DNA of 64,000 nt from Candidatus Hydrogenedentales bacterium (GTDB lineage: Bacteria; Hydrogenedentota; Hydrogenedentia; Hydrogenedentales; SLHB01): the NCBI GenBank assembly GCA_041859045.1, contig JBHELB010000030.1, positions 41,136 to 105,135 on the forward strand, given 5' to 3'. Made by a program: the position numbers and the translations under genes. The notes under the pieces are model-generated. The model saw only the letters and a list, made by a program, of their open reading frames with translations. It searched no databases and was not told the DNA's origin. Shown here piece by piece: positions 39,233 through 50,397 of the stretch. The stretch's first letter is position 1. Every line of letters starts with the position of its first letter.

Positions 39233-39613
39233 TTAGCGGCCGACACGCTTTTCAAGCTCCTTGAGTTGACTCGCGAGAAGGGCCACCTCTTGAGTCAGCG
39301 CGCGAGTGCGTTCGGTCTGGCGGGAAATGATGATCGAGAAACTGAGCACAATCCCGAGCAAGAAGGCGAACGACAGCGCGAAGAGCAGCGTGACGTACTG
39401 AAAATGCAGGAGGCGCGCGGTCCACACGATGAGGCTGGGGAAAATGCCGAATATGAGTCCCGTACACGCGACCGCGAGCCAGAGCAGAGCATAGCGCTCT
39501 TTGAGCATGCCGCGGCGAACGACCTCAAGCACGAGAATGAGCAGCAACACGCTGACGCCCAGTAATGCGAAGCGGTGCACAGACTCGAGGGTGACGAGCG
39601 GCCCGTTATTCAT
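39233..39613 (-). CDS. DUF2304-like small integral membrane protein (partner of polyprenyl-phosphate GT2 enzymes)
   Basis: Start trimmed to MNNGPLVTLESVHRF...; four hydrophobic helices and a C-terminal coiled segment; overlaps the upstream GT2 gene. Confidence 0.5.
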   Translation of the reverse strand: MNNGPLVTLESVHRFALLGVSVLLLILVLEVVRRGMLKERYALLWLAVACTGLIFGIFPSLIVWTARLLHFQYVTLLFALSFAFLLGIVLSFSIIISRQTERTRALTQEVALLASQLKELEKRVGR

Positions 39614-40334
39614 GGTGCGAAGTCTCCGGCGCTTTGGCGAACTTGCGGAAGAGATCGAGCACGATGGCAAGTGCGACCTTGACGATATAGTACGCGGCGC
39701 GGTGAGGGGTAATCGAGGTAACCCCGCCTTGGCGCTCATGCATCTCGACGGGAATCTCCGCGGCGGTGAGTCCGGCGCGGTAGAGTATAACCAGCGCCTC
39801 GGGCTCGGGGTAGTCCTCGGGGTAATGACGGGCGAAGAGCGAGAACGCCGCGCGGTTGGCCGCGCGAAAACCGCTGGTGGTGTCGGTGATGCCGCCGCCC
39901 ATCACCGCGTCGACCAACCGCGACAACAGCGATTTGCCCACACGCCGCGAAAAACTGGGCTGGTAGCGCGTGTCGGCAACGTAGCGCGAACCGATGGCGA
40001 GATCGGCGCGGCCTTGCTCGACAAACTCCACCAAGCGAGGAATGTCCGTCACCGGGTGCTGGCCATCGGCGTCGCACTGCACGGCGATGTCGTAACCATG
40101 ACGCAGGGCATATTTGAAACCGGTCTGCATCGCCCCGCCGATCCCGAGGTTGATCGGCAACGATACCAGTTTCACGCCCGGCACGGATTCCGCCACGCGC
40201 GCGGTATTGTCGAGCGAACCGTCGTCGACCACCAGGGTGTCGTACTGCGGCAAGGTCTCGCGCAGATGCTGCAGGACTGCGCCGAGCGCGGCCTCTTCGT
40301 TGTACGCCGGAACGATCACCAACACGCGGCTCAT
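39606..40334 (-). CDS. GT2-family glycosyltransferase (polyprenyl-phosphate sugar synthase, DPM1/GtrB-like, 242 aa)
   Basis: MSRVLVIVPAYNEE...LVVDDGSLDNT...VQCDADGQHP (DxD/DAD); start trimmed from ORF 39606..40559. Confidence 0.75.
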   Translation of the reverse strand: MSRVLVIVPAYNEEAALGAVLQHLRETLPQYDTLVVDDGSLDNTARVAESVPGVKLVSLPINLGIGGAMQTGFKYALRHGYDIAVQCDADGQHPVTDIPRLVEFVEQGRADLAIGSRYVADTRYQPSFSRRVGKSLLSRLVDAVMGGGITDTTSGFRAANRAAFSLFARHYPEDYPEPEALVILYRAGLTAAEIPVEMHERQGGVTSITPHRAAYYIVKVALAIVLDLFRKFAKAPETSHHE

Positions 40335-41341
40335 GGGCGTGTCTCCTTGCGGCGCACACCGAAGTGCCAGAAGCCGTCGATCATGCCCAGCCCGCGTGCG
40401 ATGTCGCGCAGGAAACAGAGGTCGCCAAACATCAGGAACCGCGAATTGCCGGTACGGCTCGCCATGCGGAACGCCATCGGCACGCGAAGCGCGGCATAGA
40501 CCAATGCGCACGCCGCCCACACACAAATCGCTACTTTCAGCATCGGCATCGGCACCCAAAGCGACGCGGCGATGAGCTTAAGGAAACCCGCTATGAGCAG
40601 TAGCGCAAGTCCCGGCGCGATCAGATCGACGGTCCCCGCGTAACGGTCTCCGCGGCCCGCGCGATGGGGATGCTTGCAGTAGAGCTTTACGCGCCAAAAC
40701 CCGTGCGCGTACTGGGTGCGCAGGTAGGGCCAGAGCCGGGTAGGATGGTAATGGTGGACACGGGCCTCCGGCGCGAAGCGGAGCACGCCCCCCGCTTGCG
40801 TCAGCCGGTACGCCAAATCGTTGTCTTCGCCCGATGCCACGCGAAACGCCTCGTCGAATCCACCCACGGCGTCGAATGCCGCCTTGCGGTACGCTACGTT
40901 AAACGAACCGAGAAAGTCCACCTCTTCGCCGAAGCGCTCGTGCCGCATGAGGATCTCTTCGTGCACCATCCGCGCAAGCAACGCATCGCTGTTGGCGATG
41001 CCGTAAGTCCCCCCCACGCCCACGACCCGTTCGTCCACAGCGGCCGCCATCAGGCGTACGATCCAGTCCGGCTCAGGCACGCAGTCGCTGTCCGTAAACG
41101 CCACCCACTCGCCCGTGGCCAGCCGCGCACCATGGTTCCGCGCCGCGGCAGGCCCCTGATTGGCCTGGTGCACGTAGCGGACCCGCGGAAACTCTTGGAC
41201 AATGCCCGCGCTGTTGTCGGTCGAGCCATCGTCGACGGCGATGATCTCAAGATCGCGGTAGGTCTGCGCACAGCACGCCGTCAGGCATTCGCGCAGCGTA
41301 CGCTCCGCGTTGTATACCGGTACGACGATTGACACCAACAT
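40331..41341 (-). CDS. GT2-family glycosyltransferase with C-terminal TM helices
   Basis: MLVSIVVPVYNAERTL...IIAVDDGSTDNS...AFTDSDCVPEPDW; start trimmed to 41341. Confidence 0.75.
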   Translation of the reverse strand: MLVSIVVPVYNAERTLRECLTACCAQTYRDLEIIAVDDGSTDNSAGIVQEFPRVRYVHQANQGPAAARNHGARLATGEWVAFTDSDCVPEPDWIVRLMAAAVDERVVGVGGTYGIANSDALLARMVHEEILMRHERFGEEVDFLGSFNVAYRKAAFDAVGGFDEAFRVASGEDNDLAYRLTQAGGVLRFAPEARVHHYHPTRLWPYLRTQYAHGFWRVKLYCKHPHRAGRGDRYAGTVDLIAPGLALLLIAGFLKLIAASLWVPMPMLKVAICVWAACALVYAALRVPMAFRMASRTGNSRFLMFGDLCFLRDIARGLGMIDGFWHFGVRRKETRP

Positions 41342-41829
41342 TACTGCTCCTTGTGCGCCGCCAGACGTGCTACCGCCTCGCGTACGGCCCCAATCAACGC
41401 GCCCCGCGCCGGGCGATAGCCTTCGTGCGCGGCAGGCGGCTCGGCGCACAGACGCGGCAACTCCGTGACGTCAAGCACCATACGCCCCCACCCCCGGCGC
41501 TCAACGGCTTCGGCGAGGTCGAGCTGATGATCGGTCATGTGTTCACGATACCGCATCAGGCGCGGAACCACCACGAGCGGCCGCCGCACCTCCAGCGCGT
41601 CGATCACCGACCCGATGCCGCCGTGACATACGATGAGCCGCGCCTCGCGCTGCAGCGCCAACGCCTCCTCGCGTGGTTTGAAGTCAAAATACTCGGCGTG
41701 TTCGGGAAAGGCCTTACCCATGCCAATTTGGATCACGACGCGCTCGCCGGTATCCCGGGCAATCTCATCCATTTTGCAGATCAACCGCGGGAAATCCATG
41801 AACATCGTACCGACGGTGACGTAGATCAT
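41341..41829 (-). CDS. Alg13-like glycosyltransferase C-terminal domain protein (PssE/Cps14G-like, GT28_C)
   Basis: MIYVTVGTM...VVIQIGMGK...LIVCHGGIGSVIDALEVRRPLVVVPR. Confidence 0.65.
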   Translation of the reverse strand: MIYVTVGTMFMDFPRLICKMDEIARDTGERVVIQIGMGKAFPEHAEYFDFKPREEALALQREARLIVCHGGIGSVIDALEVRRPLVVVPRLMRYREHMTDHQLDLAEAVERRGWGRMVLDVTELPRLCAEPPAAHEGYRPARGALIGAVREAVARLAAHKEQ

Positions 41830-42314
41830 GGCGTCCAGCCCTCGGGGTGCTCTTCATCGACCAGGCTGCCGCGGAAGCGCGCGCGGGGCCCGTATGCGCT
41901 CAGCAGCTCCGGCCATTGCACATAGAATTCGTCGGCCAGCCAATACAGCACCCGGCCCGTTACCGAGGGATGCCGGACCTGCGCGCCGCACTCGATGTAG
42001 ACGATGTAGGCGCGGCGCAGCAAGGCGTGAATCGCCACGGGGATCGCGATCTCCGCGCCGGTAGACACCACCATATCCGGACGTTCGACGCGAAAGATGC
42101 GCCACAAGCGCCAGAGATTGCACAGGAATTCAATGGGATTGCGCGCCATGTTGGGTACAAGGTAGGCATGGGGCAGGCGACGCGTGGTGTCGGCGTCGTA
42201 ACAAAAGTAGAAAACGTCGTGGCCCTCGAAGGCCTCGCCTAGTTGCAGCATTTCCGTCAAATGCCCCCCGTGCGAACAGGTCAGGCAGATCTTGAGGCGC
42301 CGCCCGTCGGACAT
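41826..42314 (-). CDS. Alg14-like glycosyltransferase N-terminal/membrane-anchor subunit (PssD/Cps14F-like)
   Basis: Start trimmed to MSDGRRLKICLTCSHGGHLTEMLQL...; DMVVSTGAEIAIPVAIHALL. Confidence 0.65.
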   Translation of the reverse strand: MSDGRRLKICLTCSHGGHLTEMLQLGEAFEGHDVFYFCYDADTTRRLPHAYLVPNMARNPIEFLCNLWRLWRIFRVERPDMVVSTGAEIAIPVAIHALLRRAYIVYIECGAQVRHPSVTGRVLYWLADEFYVQWPELLSAYGPRARFRGSLVDEEHPEGWTP

Positions 42315-43267
42315 CAGTGCCCTCGCGCCGCGCCAGGCGGAATGCGTTGCACGAGACCTTTCACAATGCCCCAGGCATAGGGCCAGATGAAAACCCATCG
42401 TGCGGCCCACCGCGGCGCGGCCATGCGCAGGCTGCCGAATTTCACCGCGAGATACCCCAGGGTCAGTAGAAGCGGCGCCGCCGCCAGGCACGTGCCGACC
42501 ATCGGCGCGAAAGGCAGCGTCAACACGCCCGCGAGCAGCATGGCGGCGATCACGGGGATCGCCAAGGTGTACCACCACAACCCGCCGCGATGCCGTGAGG
42601 CGCGCATCATCACCACGATATCACGCCCCATCATCACCGCCTTACGCCATAGGCCGCGTAGACGGGTCTCGTAGTTGTGTTGAGCCGCCGCGCCCTCCTC
42701 GAACCAAATCGTGTAGCCCGCGCCGCGTAGCGCCAACGAAACATACACGTCCTCCGCCGCGCTGTGCCCAGGCAGCCGCAGCCAGCCGCCGATCTGACGC
42801 AAGGCCTCCGTGCGGAAGTAACTATTGCCGCCGATAACACCGTCGGTCTCGCCGGTGCGGCGGGTTTCGACGAGAAACCACATGTGATGCAGCCACGCCG
42901 CGAAGTTGCGGCGGCCAATAGCGGGATGACGCCCAGTGCCGCCGCCGATGCGCGGGTCGCCATCAAGCACCTTCTTCGCCAGCGCCACCCACTCCGGCGC
43001 GAGAACACAGTCGGCGTCGGTGAACGCAAGATAGTCGGTATGGCAGGCGTCAAGCACGGCGTTGCGGGCTTCATACAACCCCGTGGTCTTGCTGGCGAGC
43101 ACTCGAGCGCCGAACTGCGCCGCCACCGCCGCGGTTGGGTCCGACAAATCATCCAGCGCAACGATAATCTCGTCCGGCGGCACCGTCTGGTTGCGGATGC
43201 TCTCCAGACACGGCCCAATGATATGCTGCGCGTTGCGCGCGCACACCGCCAAAGTCAATGTGGCCAT
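42314..43267 (-). CDS. GT2-family glycosyltransferase with C-terminal multi-TM domain
   Basis: Start trimmed to MATLTLAVCARNAQHI...; ...IVALDDLSDPT...AFTDADCVLAPEW...; C-terminal hydrophobic helices. Confidence 0.65.
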   Translation of the reverse strand: MATLTLAVCARNAQHIIGPCLESIRNQTVPPDEIIVALDDLSDPTAAVAAQFGARVLASKTTGLYEARNAVLDACHTDYLAFTDADCVLAPEWVALAKKVLDGDPRIGGGTGRHPAIGRRNFAAWLHHMWFLVETRRTGETDGVIGGNSYFRTEALRQIGGWLRLPGHSAAEDVYVSLALRGAGYTIWFEEGAAAQHNYETRLRGLWRKAVMMGRDIVVMMRASRHRGGLWWYTLAIPVIAAMLLAGVLTLPFAPMVGTCLAAAPLLLTLGYLAVKFGSLRMAAPRWAARWVFIWPYAWGIVKGLVQRIPPGAARGH

Positions 43268-43335
43268 GTGGAACCTCCCCTGCTGAACGAAGTATAGCGG
43301 ATCGATGTGGAAAGCACGAAAGCGTACTGCAATTC

Positions 43336-44088
43336 TTAGGAGAAGATTCCGGCGGCGGCGATTAGGGCGGAGACTTTCTGCGCGCACACGGCGAGAATCG
43401 GCGCAAAGAGAATCGCGGGAAGCAGGTTGGCCATGCGAATGGTCTTGAGTTCGAGGAGGCCGAGGCCGATCCCTATGAGCAGGACCCCGCCTGTGGCCGA
43501 CATCTCGACGACCCACGGCGTCGTTTCGGTCACGTTGCCCAGCGCCGAGCCCAGCAGCAGCGCGGCCACGGTAATTCCGCCTTGCACGACGAGAATGGTG
43601 CCGAGGGTGAGATAGACGCCTGGCCCCAGCGCGGCGGCGAAGACCATCGACGCGAAAAGGTCGAGCGAACTCTTGATCGCGAGGAGGCGGAAATCGCCCA
43701 CGAGCCCGTCCTGAATGCTGCCGAGCACGGTCAGCGGCCCCACGCAGAATACGAGGCTAGTGGTCACGAATCCGCGCGATACACTCCATCCTTCCACCGC
43801 GCCCGTGTGCCCGCCGAGCTTCATCTCGGCCCAGCGCCCGAGACGCTCCATGCGAGCATCGAGGTCAAGCGCTTCGCCCGCGAGCGCGCCTAACAGCACC
43901 GCGCCAAGCGGAACGAGTATCTGTTGGGTGCGAATCGCCATGCTGATGGCGATGGCGATGGTGACGAGGCCGACACCGTCCATTAACGTCTCGCGAAAAC
44001 GTGTGGGGATGCGTCGGCCGGCCAGAAGGCCAACGCTTGTGCCCAACGCGACCGTGCCGATGTTGATGAACGTTCCGGTGGCGATCAT
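43336..44088 (-). CDS. DUF554 (YqgA-like) integral membrane protein
   Basis: Start trimmed to MIATGTFINIGTVALGTSVGLLAG...; polytopic. Confidence 0.5.
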   Translation of the reverse strand: MIATGTFINIGTVALGTSVGLLAGRRIPTRFRETLMDGVGLVTIAIAISMAIRTQQILVPLGAVLLGALAGEALDLDARMERLGRWAEMKLGGHTGAVEGWSVSRGFVTTSLVFCVGPLTVLGSIQDGLVGDFRLLAIKSSLDLFASMVFAAALGPGVYLTLGTILVVQGGITVAALLLGSALGNVTETTPWVVEMSATGGVLLIGIGLGLLELKTIRMANLLPAILFAPILAVCAQKVSALIAAAGIFS

Positions 44089-44107
44089 ATGGAAATGTGC
44101 GGCTGGA

Positions 44108-45598
44108 TCATCCGAGCAGTTTCCGGCCTTCGGAGGATTTGATGCCCGAGGTGACGCGTACAAACGCTTCTTCATCGCTGCACGCCGAAATAGCCTGCTC
44201 GCGGTCAACCACGCCCTTTTGGTACAGCTCGACGGCGTATTGATCAAAACTGCGCATCTCGCTGTCGACCTCAATGATATTGTGTAAGCGACCGATATCG
44301 CCTTCGAGAATCGCGTCGCGCACGATGGGCTTCCCGCCAATCAACAGTTCGACGCACGGCACACGGCCGCCCCCCTTCTTTTTTAGCAGTCGCTGACACG
44401 CCACGCCGCGCAGGCTGTACGCGAGCTCTTGGCGAATCAGATCGCGTTCGGCTTGCGGGAAATAGCTGATGACACGGTTTACCGTGTCCACGGCCGTCAT
44501 CGTGTGCAGCGTGCTGAACACGAGGTGACCCGTTTCCGCCGCGCTGATGGCGGCGCGTATCGTCTCCATGTCGCGCATCTCGCCCACCAGAATCACGTCG
44601 GGGTCTTCGCGCAGCGCCCCGCGCAGGGCATTGGCGAAACTAAACGTATCGCGCCCGACCTGGCGCTGCGAGATGATGCTCTTCTTGTCGCGGTAGACAA
44701 ATTCGATCGGGTCTTCCACGGTGATGATGTGCGCGTGCCGGGTGCTATTGATGTAATCGACGAGTGCGGCAAGCGTGGTCGATTTGCCGCTGCCGGTGAT
44801 TCCGCATACCAGAAAGAGTCCGCGGTGGGCGTTTGCGATCTCGAGACATGCGGGCGGGATTGCAAGTTGTTCGAAGGGGATCGGCTCTTCTGGAATGAAA
44901 CGGATCGCGAGGCACATCGCCCCGAGTTTGATGTAACCGCTGCACCGCAGGTAGCAGACGCCTGCCAAATGGTACTGAAAGCTGATCTCGCGTTCCGATT
45001 CGAGCCGCTCCACTTCGGCCTTGCCGCCGAGTTGAAACAACACCTCGCGCATGTCATCGGCACTAAGCGGCGGGGCATCCGTGGGAATGAGTTCTCCGTC
45101 GATACGCAAGTACGGCGGGGCGCCCGCGCGCAGATGAATGTCTGACGCCTTGCGTTGCTGCATTTCCTCGATGAGCTGGTTGATGTTGAAGTCGAAATGC
45201 CGATATCGATCGACGATCACTTCCCAGGACCGCGACCGCAGCGTGCGCACGGCAAACTTCTCGACAAACGCATCGATAGGCAGAAGCTGCGGCGTCTGCC
45301 GCCATTCAAACCCGGGGAGGGTGAGTCCGCACGCGCCGTTTTCAAGGGTCACTTGATAGGGAATGTGCGTGGCGTCAAGCGCTTCTTTGAGGGACTCCGG
45401 CGCGGTACTTTCTTTGAGAGCAAAGTTGAAGTGAAGGTATTCAACCTTCTTGCCCATGTCGGATGACCGCGCGACAAACTCGCAGCCATTGGTCTTGAAC
45501 CGCAGTTCCTCGGGTTGTCCGAGGTCCTTGAGCACGGCCGTCACGCCTGTTCGAAACACGTCAAACAGCGTGCTCTTCGAGTTTGTCCCGATTACCAT
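44108..45598 (-). CDS. PilT-like type IV pilus retraction ATPase with ~150-aa N-terminal extension of unknown function
   Basis: PilT core from ...ASDIHLRAGAPPYLRIDGEL... with Walker A LVCGITGSGKSTT, Asp box and HTMTAVDT. The N-terminal 150 aa have no recognisable family. Start trimmed to MVIGTNSK (45598). Confidence 0.75.
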   Translation of the reverse strand: MVIGTNSKSTLFDVFRTGVTAVLKDLGQPEELRFKTNGCEFVARSSDMGKKVEYLHFNFALKESTAPESLKEALDATHIPYQVTLENGACGLTLPGFEWRQTPQLLPIDAFVEKFAVRTLRSRSWEVIVDRYRHFDFNINQLIEEMQQRKASDIHLRAGAPPYLRIDGELIPTDAPPLSADDMREVLFQLGGKAEVERLESEREISFQYHLAGVCYLRCSGYIKLGAMCLAIRFIPEEPIPFEQLAIPPACLEIANAHRGLFLVCGITGSGKSTTLAALVDYINSTRHAHIITVEDPIEFVYRDKKSIISQRQVGRDTFSFANALRGALREDPDVILVGEMRDMETIRAAISAAETGHLVFSTLHTMTAVDTVNRVISYFPQAERDLIRQELAYSLRGVACQRLLKKKGGGRVPCVELLIGGKPIVRDAILEGDIGRLHNIIEVDSEMRSFDQYAVELYQKGVVDREQAISACSDEEAFVRVTSGIKSSEGRKLLG

Positions 45599-45699
45599 CC
45601 GCACCCCCGCTGGTCCGTTGCGCCGAACGCCTGAGGCCACGAAAACGCATCTCTGGGCCGCAAAGACGCTACCACGGGCTGAAAGACGGAGTCAACGAC

Positions 45700-45745
45700 G
45701 ACAAAACCCCGGGGAAACCTCGTTAGAGCCCCCCGGGGTTGGTTT
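45700..45745 (-). terminator. Rho-independent terminator of the amtB-glnK operon
   Basis: Minus-strand RNA AACCCCGGGGGG-loop-CCCCGGGGUUUUGU: two self-complementary CCCCGGGG blocks followed by a U-run. Confidence 0.5.
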
Positions 45746-45766
45746 CGACGCACTCACCTTTGACGG

Positions 45767-47489
<1,723 letters not shown>

Positions 47490-47765
47490 CTTGCACCCCT
47501 CCAATCCAAATTGGTCGGCACAATAGCGGCGCCACCCGGCACGGTAAGCGCGCGGCCACTCGCCAACATTCCTGTACTTTGAGAAGGTACTTTCCTACAG
47601 ATAGGTATGCCCGATGTTGCCCGTTCTGCCCTTGAGTCACCCACGGACCGCGAAAAGCCGCCCGGATGGCCTTTTCCCGTGCCTGCGGTCCAAAAGGAAG
47701 GGAGCAAGCCGTGTGCCGACAAAGGCGCGAGGAGATTCAGCGAAGGGGAAAGGGATTTGGGGAGA

Positions 47766-47853
47766 TGGTGCCGGGAGCGAGACTCGAACTCGCAAGCCTG
47801 ATTAAAGGCACTAGGTCCTTAGCCTAGCGTGTATGCCATTCCACCATCCCGGC
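47766..47853 (-). tRNA. tRNA-Leu, type II (long variable arm), anticodon reads AAG
   Basis: GCCGGGA-UG-GUG-GAAUGGCAUA-CAC-G-CUAGG-CUAAGGA-CCUAG-[17-nt variable arm]-GCGAG-UUCGAGU-CUCGC-UCCCGGC-A-CCA. Three-bp D-stem and A73 discriminator as in bacterial tRNA-Leu. Anticodon loop C-U-A-A-G-G-A. Confidence 0.7.
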
Positions 47854-48046
47854 AACCAGGCGCAGAGTGTAGCAAAAGATGAAGCGCCCCTGCAACTCGA
47901 TGTTTCCTGCGTTATTGCCGCGTTTTCCCAGGGGTGTTCTCTTTTTGTGCAAGCGGAGGCGCTTCGGGCATACTGCGCCGTATCTCGAACTAGGTGGACA
48001 CTTCCGTCCACGGCCCCGTGAACCAAGAGCGTGGGGGAGCTGTATC

Positions 48047-50299
48047 GTGAGATCGTTGGTGGGATTGGCCATCACGGCATGGGCCGCCGTCGCGGCTTCA
48101 GAGGATGTGAGAAGCATGCAAGTCCATTTTGAGAACGCATTAGGCACAATCGCTTTGGTTGAAACCCCTGTCGCGCAGTTCACCGTGCCCGACATCGCGG
48201 GAAGTGCCCCAAAAGTCGCCTGTAGCCCTCTCGAACGCGCCCCTGAATGGACGCGCGTGCGCGTCACGTGGGAATTAACCGAACGGGTGACGGTTAGTGA
48301 AGCGGTCGTGCCGTTCAATCTGTCCATGAACCCCGATTTTTGGTGGGCGCCTCACCTCGCGCCCGAAGAGGGGTTCTGCATCGCGCAGCACGTTTTCCGG
48401 TCCCCGGCGTTGATCGCGCAGGACGGTCCAACGACCCTGGTTCTCGTCCCGGATCTCGACATCTGCGGCCAAAACGAGGCCGCGCCGTGGTTTATGGATC
48501 TCGATGCGCCAAACAAACGATTCGCGATCGGATTCTCCAATACCGACGTGCCGCTCCACGTGCTTTACAAGAAGGCTCCCGGCATGAGGCTTGGTCCGGG
48601 AAAAATCGAGTTAGGCTTTTTTGTAACGGCGTACAAGGATACTGATAGTCCGCGCAATCCGTGGGGGAAAGTGACGGAACTCTTGTGGGATCGCTACGCA
48701 CGTCCGCTCTACGCGAAAGGCGAGCCCGGCACGGTCCCCATGGATCGCTACGTGGACCACACCTACCGCTGGGCGCTGGATTCATGGCGCGACGCCGTGT
48801 GGCAGGAGTTTGAGATAGACGGCAAGAAAGTGGGCGGTCCCGCGTTCATCGTAAACGTCACGCAGTCGCCGAACTACAAGAAACCGTTCCGGCAACGCGA
48901 GTTTCTGTCTCTCTGGAATCAGGCCTGGTTCTCGACCTTGCGCGCGGGGACAGGTATGTATCGTTACGGCCGCAAGACGGAAGACCACGCGCTCATCGAG
49001 CGCGCCAAGCAGACATTGGAGTTCACGCTCGCCGCGCCCGAGAAGGACGGCATCTTCTACACCGTCTACGGCGCGCCGAACCATCAAGTCACCGTCGACG
49101 GTGTCGAAGTGACGCGCTCCCTGGGATGGGACCACGCCAAGTGGACCAACTCGGATCGCTGTCCGCTTAACTTCGGCGTGACACCGGACTGGTTCCACAT
49201 TCTCGACAACTCCTGGACAAGCCTCCTGTTGTTACGTTGGTATGAGGACGTCGAGAAAGATGAACGTATCCTGCGCTTTGTGACGCGCTATGCGGACAAA
49301 CTGCTGACCTTGCAGGATGCCGACGGGTTCTTTCCCGGCTGGCTCCATCCCGAGACGCTCGAGAAGGCGTCGGTCATGAACCAAACGCCCGAGACGAGCA
49401 TGAGCGTGACGTTCCTGCTCAAACTGGCCGAGATTACCGGCGAAGCAAAATACAAGAAGGCTGCGCTCAAGGCGATGGACGCGCTTCTCGTCGAGGTGGT
49501 TCCCCAAGGGCGCTGGGAAGATTTCGAAACCTACTGGTCCTGCAGTGGTTGGGGGAACGAGACGTATGTAGGCAAGAAGATCGCGCGCAATGCGATGTAC
49601 AAACAGTGCAACTTAAGCACGTTCTGGACCGCTGAGGCTTTGCTCGAGACCTACCGCGCCACCAAGAACGACGTCTATCTTAGGTGGGGGCGTCGCACGC
49701 TGGATGAACTCGCCATGACCCAACAGGTATGGCAACCGCCGTATATCTACATTCCCGCCCTGGGCGGCTTCGGCGTGATGAACGTGGACGGCGAATGGAA
49801 TGATTCGCGGCAATGTCTGTTCGCACCGCTGTTCATGGAGTATTACAAGGAAACGGGCGACGCCCAGCTCTTCGAACGCGGCGTGGCGGCGCTCAAATCG
49901 GCGTTCGTGATGATGTATTGTCCGGAGAACCCGAGTCAGAAGGCGCTCTGGGAAAAGGTGTGGCCTTTCCTCGGCCGGGAAGACTACGGGTTCATGATGG
50001 AAAACTACGGACACGGCGGTCGCGTTTCGAAAGAGGGCGAAGGCGTGGGCGAGTTCACCATCTTTACGTGGGGCAACGGCGCCGCGTCGGAGGCGCGCGC
50101 CAACGTGTACGACCGCTTTGGCGATGTTTACATTGATCTTTCGCGCAACCAAGGATTCGGGATCGACTCCATTGCGGTTACGCGCGAGGGCGACCACTTT
50201 ATTCTGCAAGACCTGACCAATACCCCGCGCGATATCCGCGTCGTGTATAGCGACGGCGCAAAGAAGAGGTTGCGGCTCGAGAAGAAGGCGGTGTTGTAG
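48047..50299 (+). CDS. Secreted 750-aa protein, possibly an (alpha/alpha)-toroid glycoside hydrolase/lyase-like enzyme (function uncertain)
   Basis: GTG start with signal peptide VRSLVGLAITAWAAVAAS; no confidently recognised catalytic motif; Trp/Tyr-rich helical repeats. Confidence 0.4.
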   Translation: MRSLVGLAITAWAAVAASEDVRSMQVHFENALGTIALVETPVAQFTVPDIAGSAPKVACSPLERAPEWTRVRVTWELTERVTVSEAVVPFNLSMNPDFWWAPHLAPEEGFCIAQHVFRSPALIAQDGPTTLVLVPDLDICGQNEAAPWFMDLDAPNKRFAIGFSNTDVPLHVLYKKAPGMRLGPGKIELGFFVTAYKDTDSPRNPWGKVTELLWDRYARPLYAKGEPGTVPMDRYVDHTYRWALDSWRDAVWQEFEIDGKKVGGPAFIVNVTQSPNYKKPFRQREFLSLWNQAWFSTLRAGTGMYRYGRKTEDHALIERAKQTLEFTLAAPEKDGIFYTVYGAPNHQVTVDGVEVTRSLGWDHAKWTNSDRCPLNFGVTPDWFHILDNSWTSLLLLRWYEDVEKDERILRFVTRYADKLLTLQDADGFFPGWLHPETLEKASVMNQTPETSMSVTFLLKLAEITGEAKYKKAALKAMDALLVEVVPQGRWEDFETYWSCSGWGNETYVGKKIARNAMYKQCNLSTFWTAEALLETYRATKNDVYLRWGRRTLDELAMTQQVWQPPYIYIPALGGFGVMNVDGEWNDSRQCLFAPLFMEYYKETGDAQLFERGVAALKSAFVMMYCPENPSQKALWEKVWPFLGREDYGFMMENYGHGGRVSKEGEGVGEFTIFTWGNGAASEARANVYDRFGDVYIDLSRNQGFGIDSIAVTREGDHFILQDLTNTPRDIRVVYSDGAKKRLRLEKKAVL

Positions 50300-50397
50300 T
50301 ACGTTGGCAGGAGAAGATTCCACTGCACACAAAGAGATAGAACTTTTCTCTCAGTACCGATATTTTCCTTGCTTGTGCGACAGAAAGGGACGTAATT

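Noticed and set aside
39086-39246. Possible 56-codon GTG-initiated membrane mini-ORF downstream of the DUF2304 gene (minus strand)
   Set aside because: Below the track length cut-off, no clear RBS, and it overlaps the upstream gene's stop. Cannot be supported without conservation data.
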